Origin: Neoconidiobolus thromboides FSU 785
Lineage: Eukaryota > Fungi > Entomophthoromycota
Direction: 5' to 3'
Length of the DNA: 64,000 nt
Assembly: GCA_025603075.1 (NCBI GenBank)
Contig: MU626350.1
Coordinates: 18,950-82,949, forward strand
Shown: piece after piece, positions 12,909 through 24,100 of the stretch
Layout: each line of letters starts with the position of its first letter
How positions within the stretch are numbered: the first letter of the stretch is position 1
The notes under the pieces: generated by a model
What the model saw: only the letters and a program-made list of their open reading frames with translations
What the model was told of the DNA's origin: nothing
The model's database searches: none
Position numbers and translations under genes: made by a program

Positions 12909-14210
12909 ATGAAATTTTTTTATAGCTTAATTGCCTTAATTGCCATTGGAATTTCTCCAACTCCTGCTACATTAGTTCCTACCGTCACTGAGTATCAAAC
13001 TGCTACTACAACTGTATTTCAAAGATGCCAGACCACAGTTACTTCAACTCTTACAAAGCTAACTATATCAACTTCTACTAAGGAAATAACTAAAACTGAG
13101 ACTAAAACTGAAACTACTCCTGTGACAATTACTGTCCCCACTACTGTTACAAATAAAATTACATCTACTGTTACTTCAAAAGAAACTATTCACGATACAG
13201 TCACTGCAACTGAAACTAAGACTGATACAGTCAGTGTAACAAATACTGAAACCGTTCATGATACTATCACTAAGACTCAAACTGATACTGCAACTGTCAC
13301 TACAACTGTAGCTACTCCTGAAGTTACTACTATCACTGTTCCAACCACCATAACCAACACTCAAACTGTTACAGATACTCAAACTAAGACTTTGACTGAT
13401 ACTGTAACCTCAACCAATATAAGTACTAAAACCGATACTGTTACTGATACTCAAACTACCACATTAGTTTCTACCACTGTCGTTCCTACTACATTAATTG
13501 AAACTAAAACTGACACAGTTTCTGTCACTACTACTGTCCCAACCACTTTAACTGAAACTAAGACTGATACAGTTTCTGTCACTACTACTGTCCCAACCAC
13601 TTTAACTGAAACTAAGACTGATACAGTTTCTGTTACTACTACTGTTCCAACCACTTTAACTGAGACTAAGACCGATGTTTCTACCTCAACTGTTACTACC
13701 ACTGTCCCAACTACTTTAACTGATATCAAGACTGAAACTTCTACTATTCATGACACTGTTACTTCAAAAGTAACTGAGACTCAAACTCAAACCAGTACTA
13801 CTTCTGTTCTTGTACCAACCACTACCACTGTAACCAATATTTCAGTATCAACCAGTACTATCAGTGTACCAGTCACCACCACCATAACTAAGGATAATAC
13901 CAAAACTCAAACTGTTACTATTCCAACTACTGTAAGTAAAACTATCACTGTAACAAGTGTCAGCTCATGTACCCCTACTCCAACTTATACTATCCCACCA
14001 GTCACTAAAACTATAACTAAAACTGATACCAAAACCCTTACTCAAACTAAGACTGATACCAAAACTTTGACTCAAACACAAACCAAGACTCAAACTAATA
14101 CCAAAACTGATACCAAAACTTTGACTACTACCATCAGTACTTGCCCTAAACCTACCGCATCAACCAAAACTACTACTTATGCTTATCCAACCTATACCTA
14201 TAAGTACTAA
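12909..14210 (+). CDS. Secreted Thr-rich mucin/adhesin-like cell-surface protein
   Basis: 433-aa single-exon ORF with N-terminal signal peptide (MKFFYSLIALIAIGISPTPA), Thr/Val-dominated body, internal 18-aa repeats and a Tyr-rich C-terminus. Confidence 0.85.
   Translation: MKFFYSLIALIAIGISPTPATLVPTVTEYQTATTTVFQRCQTTVTSTLTKLTISTSTKEITKTETKTETTPVTITVPTTVTNKITSTVTSKETIHDTVTATETKTDTVSVTNTETVHDTITKTQTDTATVTTTVATPEVTTITVPTTITNTQTVTDTQTKTLTDTVTSTNISTKTDTVTDTQTTTLVSTTVVPTTLIETKTDTVSVTTTVPTTLTETKTDTVSVTTTVPTTLTETKTDTVSVTTTVPTTLTETKTDVSTSTVTTTVPTTLTDIKTETSTIHDTVTSKVTETQTQTSTTSVLVPTTTTVTNISVSTSTISVPVTTTITKDNTKTQTVTIPTTVSKTITVTSVSSCTPTPTYTIPPVTKTITKTDTKTLTQTKTDTKTLTQTQTKTQTNTKTDTKTLTTTISTCPKPTASTKTTTYAYPTYTYKY
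13500..13677 (+). repeat. 54-bp coding tandem repeat (ETKTDTVSVTTTVPTTLT, three units plus a partial)
   Basis: Near-identical units start at about 13500, 13554, 13608, with a partial unit at 13662. Confidence 0.9.
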
Positions 14211-15410
14211 TTGATTACTCAATAAAAGCGTGATGTGTATAATGTATATTTTTTATGTCAAATAGTGAATTATACATAATAGTTTATCAGAAATAAATGA
14301 TAATAGTTTACATTTAATATTTCAAAGTTTTATATTTTTAAGTAAAAACTATACATATATTTGAAATTGATCGTAAAAGCTTCTTCAAATTTTGTGATAA
14401 CATGGCAACCATATCCTATTAATATGGTATTCACGTAATGTTAGATTTTATAATACATTCTAAGTTTAAACATCGACTTTTTTATGACAACTTTACTCTA
14501 AAATTAATAATTAATTTCAAATATTATTTGATACCATTTATATTAAAATGTCAAATAATAATAAAGATACTGATTGAGAATGATAAAGTAGCTAAATTCA
14601 TCAGTTTACTTTAATTTATTCGCGTTGCGATATGTGTAATACTAGAACACTTAAATATAAAGAAAAAGAACTAATTAAAATTAATTTAACTTTCTCTTAG
14701 TTAATGTATGAGAAGTCAAAAAACAAAAAAACATAAGGAGCTATTTATCATTCTAAAGCTTGAGAAGAGGTAAAAATATCATTAAAAGTTAATTTCCATG
14801 CTTATATAAATATAAAATAGTGAACATACAGCTTAATTAAATTTAAATAATCATTACTAAATTTAGAAATTATTATTTCAATTTGAACAAATTTAACTAA
14901 AAAAGGATTTTTTAAAAACTACATTTAAGCAAAATATATTTAATTGAAAAAAAGTACTTTTGTGTGAGGACTATTAATTTTTTCTAAATATATTGTGGTG
15001 AAAAATTATTTAAGATATATATAAAGTAATGTGAAGGAACAATTGGATGACATATTTCAATAAAACAGTAGTTCAATTTGGTCTAATTTTCTATTAAGTT
15101 TTGTCGCCAAATCCATAAAAAGATCTTTGTAAAATCAACTAGATTCGTGTCAAGAGCTTGGAATTGATATAATAATTTAGTATTACAGGGAGGGCTTTCA
15201 TAAATGACGATTTTTTTTTTATTAGTTTATAGCTTAAATAAGGATTTAAATTTTTGTTTTATTTTATTATTAAATGTCAAAGTTTTAGGTTTAGAGCTTG
15301 GATTTTAATTCTTAAAATAATTATTATTTTAAAATTGAAATAGCTTGAATATTTATTTTTAAAACTTACACATAGTTGAGCGATTAAAACTTTTATTAGG
15401 GTCAAAGGAC

Positions 15411-16310
15411 TTAGATTACACCACTTTCTAACTTTGTAATTAGGTCTAAAAATAATGGATTGCTGCCCAAATTTTCAATCATGGCTCTTATTTCTTTCAG
15501 AAGCTGAAGTAGATAATCTCTAGTATATCCAAAAGAATTAGTTTCCTCCATTAATTTCAAGGCATACTTCTTTAAGTCGATATTCTCACTACGCTGCTTC
15601 AATATGTTCTCTAACTGATGAATATTATTAGATGTCCTCAAAGAGTGGATAATTGGAAAAGAGTATTTGCCCTCACTTAAATCCTCACAAAATCCTTTAG
15701 CAGAATGATACTCATCTGTTTTCAAATTGATGTAATCATCTCTAATTTGATAAAGTTTTCCTAACAAATTAACTAATGGTACGTAGTCTTCCTTAGAATC
15801 CGAAACTTCCTGCATCATTTTAACTCCTAATCTTAATAAACCACCAGTTTTATTATTCACTATATCTAAATATTCCTCCTGGGTTGGACATATGCTTCTA
15901 TCCCTACAATGTAATTCCATACCTTGCCCTTTATGCAAATTAATTAATTCTAGTGAATAGATTTCAATTAGTTTTGGATTATCTAATTCACATATTTTTC
16001 GTAATGCTAAAAAGTAAATATAGTTAGCACAATTAATTGTTATTGGTACTCCATAGATACGATGGGCTACTGGGATTCCTCTTCTTAGTTCTGAATTATC
16101 TTGCACATCGTCAATAAGCAATGAAGCACTGTGTAACATTTCCAACACTTCGCCTATCGTCTTTAAATATTTATCATCAATTTTAAGCCATAGTTGAAAG
16201 GCTCCCAATAATTTTGTACAAAAAGATTTTCCCGGGTTACTGGATAAATAATTGTAAGGTTCTAACAACAACTCATTTTCATTAACTTTACTAAAATTCA
16301 TTTTTATCAT
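15411..16310 (-). CDS. BTS1: Geranylgeranyl diphosphate synthase, single exon (likely start Met at 16301)
   Basis: Motifs LLIDDVQDNSELRRG, LHKGQGMEL, KTGGLLRL, YQIRDDYINL, FCEDLSEGKYSFPIIH. Confidence 0.93.
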   Translation of the reverse strand: MIKMNFSKVNENELLLEPYNYLSSNPGKSFCTKLLGAFQLWLKIDDKYLKTIGEVLEMLHSASLLIDDVQDNSELRRGIPVAHRIYGVPITINCANYIYFLALRKICELDNPKLIEIYSLELINLHKGQGMELHCRDRSICPTQEEYLDIVNNKTGGLLRLGVKMMQEVSDSKEDYVPLVNLLGKLYQIRDDYINLKTDEYHSAKGFCEDLSEGKYSFPIIHSLRTSNNIHQLENILKQRSENIDLKKYALKLMEETNSFGYTRDYLLQLLKEIRAMIENLGSNPLFLDLITKLESGVI

Positions 16311-16559
16311 ACAGATTTAAAAAAAGTAATATTTAAATTATAGCTCAAGAATTTTATAATGCTGAATTTGATATTGTTTTTCAAACATACGTAAGCAAAG
16401 ATTTTAAACTGTGATTTGTGCAATTTCAATTTAACAGATAGTCTTCAATATTACTCACATATTAAATGAGATATAAAATTCAAACGTTTAAAAACTATAA
16501 ACTGAAATCAGAAACAAACAATTAGAAACTATACTATGATTAAATAACAATTATATCAA

Positions 16560-18714
16560 TTAAGAATCTGAAGCTTTTTTAAACCTTGAAAAGGAAGTGG
16601 AACCAGAAGAAGATTGTTGGTTAAAGCCAACTCCGAACTGTTCTCTAGGTCTTGGCTTGAAATTTTTGTTGTTATTGAAACTAATTTTCCCTTTCTAAAG
16701 AATACATTAGAACTATGGTTAATATTAAAAATGTAATTACCCTTTTAGCAATTGCGAATAATGAGCTGGGTACATTAATGCTTTGTTTTTTGAATGAAGT
16801 AACAAATTGATGAGCCATGAATTGGTCATGATTCTCACTTTTTACAAGCATTGTCAAAGCATATCCTTTGCTTCCAGCTCTACCAGTACGCCCAATTCTA
16901 TGTATATGAGAGTCTAAGTCTTTGGCAACATCGTAGTTGACTACCACCTGCACTATTGGCACATCTAGCCCACGTGCTGCTACATCAGTAGCAATCAGTA
17001 TTTTAACGCTCCCATTTTTAAATTTGCTCAGTACTTCATCCCTTTCATTTTGCATCAAATCACCATGAATTGAAGCGCCTAACTCAATTAATATGATACT
17101 ATAAATATTTAATATTATTTACATAAATAACCCATTTGAACTAAAGAGGCTTGTAATTGCTGTGTAGCCATAATTGTAGATACAAAAATAAGGACGCCAT
17201 ATTTATTAACTAACCAATTAGGTAAATACTTTAATAAAGTAGACCACTTTAGATGAGGCTCATCGAGTACTTCAAATTCTTGAATAATATCTGGATGAAG
17301 CTAAATGGTAATTAAAAATAAATAATTTTAGAAAATCTTATCAATAACATTACCATTCCAACCCCACCAATCGTAACTTTAATAGGGTCATTTAATAGCC
17401 TTCTTGATAACTTTTCAATACTTTTTGGTAAAGTTGCTGAAAACATCAGTGTTTGTTTATCTGGACGAATGTTGTTCGCTATAGAAACTACTTGAGGCTC
17501 GAAGCCCAAATCCAACATACGGTCTGCTTCATCTAATACTAAAAACGAGGTCCTGTATAAACTAAATGCTTTCATTTTAATCAAATCAATCACTCTCCCT
17601 GGTGTTCCAACTAAAATATCAGCACCACTTCTTAACTCTCTAAACTGTTGTTGTTTAGAAATACCTCCACACCCAATACATACATTAAAATGATAGCTTT
17701 TACTGTATTTTTTTGCCTCATTTCCTATTTGGATTGCCAATTCATGCGTAGGTGCTAATACAATACCAATAGGCCCTTCTCTATCTTTTTTTTTACTTTG
17801 TTTCAATACGTGATTAATAAGCGGCCAAAGGTAGGCTGCTGTTTTCCCACTACCAGTTTGAGCGATAGCTATCATGTCTCTCCCTTTTAAGCCAATGGGG
17901 ACGGCTTGCATTTGTATTGGAGTCGGGCTTTCATATTGTGATCTAGCAACTCTATCAATTAACTTATCTTCAAATTGGAAGTGGCCAAACACTAAGCACG
18001 GCTTTGAGATATCTCTTCCTTCAACTTTAATATTGTATAGTTCCCTTATTTCTTTGACTTTGTCAATAGCCAAGTTAGAAATGTCAGGGTGCTCTTTATA
18101 AATATCTTTAACTATTTTTAAATATTCTATTTCTTCATGATTTATCGGTTTCAGTGGCTCGATATCTTTTTTGTTTTTAACGACTATTTCATCATTCGAG
18201 TCATATTCTACATCCCCTTGTTCATCAACAGCTCTTGCCATTGCATAAACTTCCTCATCAGAATCCATTTCTTTGTTGGTTTTTATCGCTGGAATTAGAT
18301 TGATATTCTTTTTTCGGTGCTTCAAAAAGGATTCCATTACATCCTCTTGCTCTTCTCCCATTCCCAATGATCTTGGTCCTCGACTTGGTTCACTTGCTTG
18401 CTTTTTAGTTTCACTTTCTATTTCCAACATAAATGCTTCCAATGGATCTTCTTCTTCATTCTTTTCTACTTTTTTTTCTTTTTCATCATTATCTTGAGCA
18501 TCCTCTGGTTTTTTATTTACAATATGGTCATCTAAGAAAAGAGTTAAAGAAATTCTCTTATTTATTAAAACTTACTTTGAGCTAATACTTCATTGTCTGA
18601 TCCTAATAATTTAATAGGCGATTTAAGCATCTTTTCATCATTATCTTCTTCCAAATTTATTTTTGTTGCGTGAGCGGTATTAAATTTAAATTTCTTTTTT
18701 TTAAAGCCTTCCAT
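16560..18714 (-). CDS. DDX42: DEAD-box RNA helicase DDX42-like (SF3b125), multi-exon
   Basis: Q motif PTPIQ, AQTGSGKT, DEAD, SAT, ARGLD, HRIGRTGRAG. DDX42-like N-terminus (DPLEAFM, DEEVYAMARAVD, IEPLKPINH). Confidence 0.85.
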
Positions 18715-18924
18715 GATATAATAAAACAGTTATTCAATTTAGAAGGATTAGTTCAAGTAGCTGATTCAAATCTTAAGTATAGCTTAAAAATAAATATTTC
18801 AACTCAACATACTATTTTGATTTTTAGGATTACAGACTAAAATTCACACTTTTTACACCAATAATATTTCTAGCTTATAATTTAAGCAAAGCACATGAAA
18901 AACTTGTAAGGTAACCAAAGATAA

Positions 18925-19038
18925 CTTTGGGGATGTTGTTTTTGGTTTCATCACTTTTACCACTTTTACCACTTTTTAAGCGCTATTTGAGCAAAGATTA
19001 TTAGTAAAGCTCTTAAATGAAAAAACACATCCCCATTC
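18925..19038 (-). mobile_element. MITE copy 3 (CTTT/ATTC), with a small internal duplication of CACTTTTAC
   Basis: GGGGATGTT...ACATCCCC termini; reverse-orientation core AAGCGCTATTT. Confidence 0.9.
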
Positions 19039-19796
19039 GTATCATATTTGTTTTTTTTGGAATAATATGCATCTAGTTAAAAGATAAATTTTATACATAA
19101 ATCAAATATAGACTATGACTGAGTTTTTAATCTTTTATTATAACTCTAAAATTTTATGAGGTTGTTTAAGTTTGTAAATATTCTCTTTAGAAATATAAAC
19201 TCTATTGATATAAAGTATTTATAACCCTAGGCAAAATATTTGCAATTATAAATAAGGGGTTTTAGCTCTGCATATTTTGTTCATATTTTTGAACAGAGTA
19301 CTAAAATAACTCTGAATAACTCTGAATAACCTAATAAACGAGCATGTCAATTTTAAAAAAATAGATGTTAACTATAGCCGATATTCTATAAGTAACTACT
19401 AAAATACACCCTTTTCATAATATGTTTTGAAAATAGCGCTAGCAGAGATTGTCAAATATGTATTTAAATTTAAAATATTTCTTTTAAAAGTAACTCATAA
19501 AACATACAATAAATTATATAAATTTTCTTAAAGCTTATGTCAATTTAAAATTCATTCTTTTACTTATTTAGGGGGGAAATATAATTAAACTCAATAAGAA
19601 TAGCTATGGTTCATGTAGATTCTCCCCTTTTGGATTACTCCGTAGCATGTGATTAGGCTTGTATCTAAAGGTTGTTAACCCATTGTGATACATAATAGAT
19701 CCAAAAATGTAGACAGAATAACTTGTAATTAAGAAATAAGCCAGTTTCTACAAACGTATATAAAGCGAGGACATAGTAAACACTTTACTGGCCAAA

Positions 19797-21740
19797 ATGA
19801 TCATCAAGCCATTGTTTCATTTGTTTTTATCATTCACCTTGGTTAACTCTATCGAAATTGAAGTACCTGATCCTTGTGCAGTAATTTCAAAAAAACCGAC
19901 AGTAAGCTATAAAGATGCAATATCCTGTTTAAATAAAATCGAATTGGCACCAGAAATAAAAAACTCGGTGTATGATAGTATTGATAAATCGCTTCCATTT
20001 TATGCTTTCATTGATTCGGCAAAACGTTCCCCAGAGCCCAATATGCCTAGTTATATCAACATTAGAGCAGAGTTAGCTACGGTGGTATCAAAGTCATATA
20101 AATCCGAAAATGAGTTCCATAATTCGATTACAAAATTTTTTAAGTCTCTTTATGATGGCCATCTTAGATACAAGTCGAAATGCGCTACCTTGTTTGAGTT
20201 TAAGCAGCCTTTCCCAGTATTCACAGAAGAAAACCAATGGGGAGATGTAAAAGTCAAAGTGCTTGAAAATCTTAATTACCCAAACGAGCTCATTCAAGCA
20301 TGGAACTCAGCAGGGGTAGACGTAACTAAATATGCTGGAAAAGAAATCTTAGCTATTAATGGATTTCAACCTTTAGAATACTTACAACAATATACTAGAG
20401 AATACGTTGGAATTTCTAGAGATCTTAACTCACGTATTAATTTTTCTACAGCCAGAGTTATACAAAAAGGCGGGAAATGGGGCATATACCATGGGGCATT
20501 TGCTTCAACAGATATTCCTCCAAAAAACGAAACTATAAATTTTACCTTTAGAATTGACAATCAAGAGAAAAGGGTTGTTGTTCCTTATATCGCTTTAGTA
20601 CCACAACAATACAATCTTTCTATGGATTTTATGAAAAATTTTTGCTATCGCCAACCATTACTCAATGAGTATCAGGTTGGGGACATCAAATTAGGCTATA
20701 GTGAAATATCTGATGCTAAAGAAGTAAAAATTGACCAAGCTCTGAATTTCGAAATAGTTGGTGCTAAGGAAGTAAATAGCAACCAAGTCCTGAATCTCGG
20801 AATGGTAAAAGAAGTCAATTCTATTTTTTCGCCACTTTTTGATGGAATTTACTTAAAATCATACTTAATTAATGATAAAGTAGGAGTTATTACTATACCT
20901 GATTTTGGCCCTGAAAATGAAAACCTTTGGAATGATGAAATCCGTAGTGTATTTCAAAGCTTAAAAGATAAAAAGGCTAGTAGACTAATTTTAGAGTTAA
21001 GTAACAATGGTGGTGGAAAGATATGCCTTGGGTATAATATCTTAGAGTATTTATTCCCTAATGCAGAGATCAAAAAATTTGCTACCGATATGCACTATAA
21101 TCCACTTATTGCTGATGTAGCTAAGTATTTTAGATATCCAAATTATAATTTTAAGGATAATAGTACTCAAATAGATGGATCTCCAATAAATAATGCAGAT
21201 TTTTTTAAAGAAACTAAGACTTATACTCGTGGATTAAATACAAGTAGCAAATACACAAATTTATTCCTTGACAATTGCTTTGAAAATCCATTGCTATCTT
21301 TACTTAATAACAATACTCAACCCTTTAAAACAGAAGACATAATAGTGCTATCGAATTCAGTGTGCTACTCGACTTGCTGCCTTTTAGCTTATGGATTACA
21401 AGAAATACATGGCGTAAAAAGTTACTCTATTGGAGGACTTAAAAATCAGCAAGCCACTGTATCTTCAATGGCTGGTGGAATGGTTGCTCCGTTTGAGTTG
21501 ATAGAATATGGTCTTAAACCATCAAACTTATCAAATCATCCAGATGTTCCAAAGCCTTTTAAAACCAACTCTGAGTTTTCCTTTCCTATTCGTGAAGCTT
21601 ATTCTACAAAATTTAATGAGCTTCGTCCTTTAGAATTTACTTGGATTCCTACAAGTAAGCGCTTTCCATATAATCCTAATACTACTTTTAACCCTTTCAA
21701 AGTCTGGGAGCAAGTTTCTCTAGACGCTTTTGGTATTTAA
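19797..21740 (+). CDS. Secreted peptidase family S41 (tail-specific protease-like), single exon
   Basis: 647-aa ORF with signal peptide; FKSLYDGH; LILELSNNGGGKIC; catalytic-Ser-type motif SVCYSTC; YSIGG. Confidence 0.8.
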   Translation: MIIKPLFHLFLSFTLVNSIEIEVPDPCAVISKKPTVSYKDAISCLNKIELAPEIKNSVYDSIDKSLPFYAFIDSAKRSPEPNMPSYINIRAELATVVSKSYKSENEFHNSITKFFKSLYDGHLRYKSKCATLFEFKQPFPVFTEENQWGDVKVKVLENLNYPNELIQAWNSAGVDVTKYAGKEILAINGFQPLEYLQQYTREYVGISRDLNSRINFSTARVIQKGGKWGIYHGAFASTDIPPKNETINFTFRIDNQEKRVVVPYIALVPQQYNLSMDFMKNFCYRQPLLNEYQVGDIKLGYSEISDAKEVKIDQALNFEIVGAKEVNSNQVLNLGMVKEVNSIFSPLFDGIYLKSYLINDKVGVITIPDFGPENENLWNDEIRSVFQSLKDKKASRLILELSNNGGGKICLGYNILEYLFPNAEIKKFATDMHYNPLIADVAKYFRYPNYNFKDNSTQIDGSPINNADFFKETKTYTRGLNTSSKYTNLFLDNCFENPLLSLLNNNTQPFKTEDIIVLSNSVCYSTCCLLAYGLQEIHGVKSYSIGGLKNQQATVSSMAGGMVAPFELIEYGLKPSNLSNHPDVPKPFKTNSEFSFPIREAYSTKFNELRPLEFTWIPTSKRFPYNPNTTFNPFKVWEQVSLDAFGI

Positions 21741-22274
21741 ATTCACTCATGAACAAACCTATTAAATATATAAAAAAGCAATGTTTGTAGTGTAGTTTAT
21801 TTACTATTTTTTATCACTTTAAATTCGGAATCTACATAAATTAGTTGAAATGTCAAGATAATTTTTTAGTTAATTGATATGATAGTTGGAAAATAATTTA
21901 GCCTGTTAAAGATGCTGAAATATGCTCGTTTTTTATTATCATTAAAATAAAATAGTCAATATAACTTTTACTAAATCTGGTTGATTTAGGTTGCTTAAGA
22001 GTGTTTTTCATTAATTTTTGTATTTCTAATTTAAAAATTAAACAAATTATTAGTTAAATTAGTAACAAAAAAAATCTACAGAGTACATTTATAAAAGTTT
22101 AAGCTAAAAACTTTAGTAGATTATTTAATTCAAAATAAGCTTTTAGGATAGGGATACTATCAACCAATTCAAGGGTGCTATTTAATTTAAAAGCAAGTTT
22201 GACTTGTTTAATTTGCAAATTTTAAAATGGATTTTGCATTTCGGAAACTCAAATCATAAACTAAATATTCCATT

Positions 22275-24054
22275 ATGCAGAAATCTTTTTTAAAAATGTC
22301 AGAAAAAGAGAAGATTGCTGAGGGATTAGAGGCAGGAACTAGTGATGAAAAAAAGTTCTCAAGCTTGTATTTATTAAGTAAAGTCTTAGATAAGGAAAAG
22401 GAAGAGGACCTGAATTTTTTATTCCAGAAAATGAACTTTAAGTTTCTAGATAGGCTATTGAAACAAGGTAGTTAGTTTAAATTTATCTATAACTGTTTGA
22501 AGCTAATTTATAGGTATGAATAAAGATCTGGATAATGAAAGCGAGGAGTATGTTAAAGATAAAACGATGAATGATCTAGGAATAAATGTAATTTCTCACC
22601 TATATTCCTTAGAAAACCAATTTAACAGTGATATTCTACTTGCAAGGATTCCATTATTACTGAATCATTTAGTCAAAAAGAATCATGAAGATTTACTATT
22701 AGATATATTTTATAAGTTAAGTTTAGATTTAAAAAGTAGTTTGTATGTAATTAAAGGAAGACCATTGTTTGAAAATAGTTTAATGAAAAAATTAATAGAT
22801 TATGGTCATGAGTTAATAATTAAAAAAGATAGTAAGAAAGATAAATGGGTTACATTAATTTCAAACTTTGGAAAAACTTTATTAAATCAAGAAAATGAAA
22901 AAGAGTATCAAGTAGTCATAAACGAATTTTTGAAATATATTGCTGTTCAACTGGACGGTGTTGATGTTGAGCATAAGTTGGACTACATGAGTGTAATAAT
23001 TGATTGTCTCCAAGATTGTAATACAAAAGTTTTAAAGTATTATTTAAATAATAACAGCTATGATTTTAGTCAATTGAGAAACAACGTTTATCTATTATTA
23101 AATAGTCGACATTCTACAGAATATAAAGATAAAGCAATAATATTAAGTAACATTTTAATTCGACATTTTTCATTTGAATGGCTTAAAGATGAGAAGAAAA
23201 TAGCCATGTTTTTGGTTAGAATGTCAGCAATTGAAGTAAGAACTCTTCTGGAAGTGATTCAATACGATAGTTATGATAATCAACCATTCTTTTCTTCGTT
23301 GGAAATATTGGGTCATATGACTCAATTCTTGAGCCTAGAAGACTTTACAACAATTATAGAAATCGATACTAGTAACATTGTACAACTCATTACTTGGCTA
23401 AGGGAATCTTATTTGGATTTATTATACTTTTTAACGGACCATGTTGAGGTAATTGCAATTAAAATAATTATGGTTTTATATTAATATTGAATAGTTTAAA
23501 GACTCAACACACCATCCATTATTACTACGATTAGCTAATGATATCTGCCAATATTTAATTGAAGATAGCTACTTACTAGAAAATGAAGTATTTAATAACC
23601 AAACCATTCCTTTAAATAAATTTTTTAATTATTTAGTTATAGTTCTAAAAAGGTAATTTTACGTATAAAAATAAATTAAAATATTAAAATATTTTATAGT
23701 TATGAGGATAATTTAATAGCCAAAAGTTGTGAGATGATAGTTAAAGTTAGTGAAGTTATATTAATGACGAACTCAATTCCAACTCAAAATTTTGAAGAGG
23801 TCATTCTTAATTCAATTGATGATTTAATACCAACTTTGGTGGAACATTTGAATTCAAGTTTCTCAGGTGTGAAATTAGATAGTAATAGTACTCAATTTAT
23901 TCAATTGATAAATGAGAATTACCCTATAATAGATGCTCTTGAATTAATCTTTCAATTAATTGAATCGAATAACTATACTGAATACAATTGTGAAGACGCC
24001 AATTTAGACTTTTATAAACAAATTGTAAAAGTTTACAAAAGTTTAGATATTTAA
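22275..24054 (+). CDS. Neurochondrin-like ARM-repeat protein, multi-exon
   Basis: N-terminal TSDEKKFSSLYLLSK...MNFKFLDRLL and MLVRMSAIEVRTLLE-type segment resemble the neurochondrin family; four exons separated by GT-AG introns. Confidence 0.6.
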
Positions 24055-24100
24055 TTAAAATAAAACAAACTTTAATTATAATAACAAATATAAATTATAT

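Noticed and set aside
13176-13729. Antisense ORFs over the Thr-rich gene, and other antisense or alternate-frame ORFs over RSE1, DDX42, S41, the GPCRs, the acyl-CoA synthetase, TPT and ERG8
   Set aside because: Shadow frames of real coding sequence with no independent protein features.
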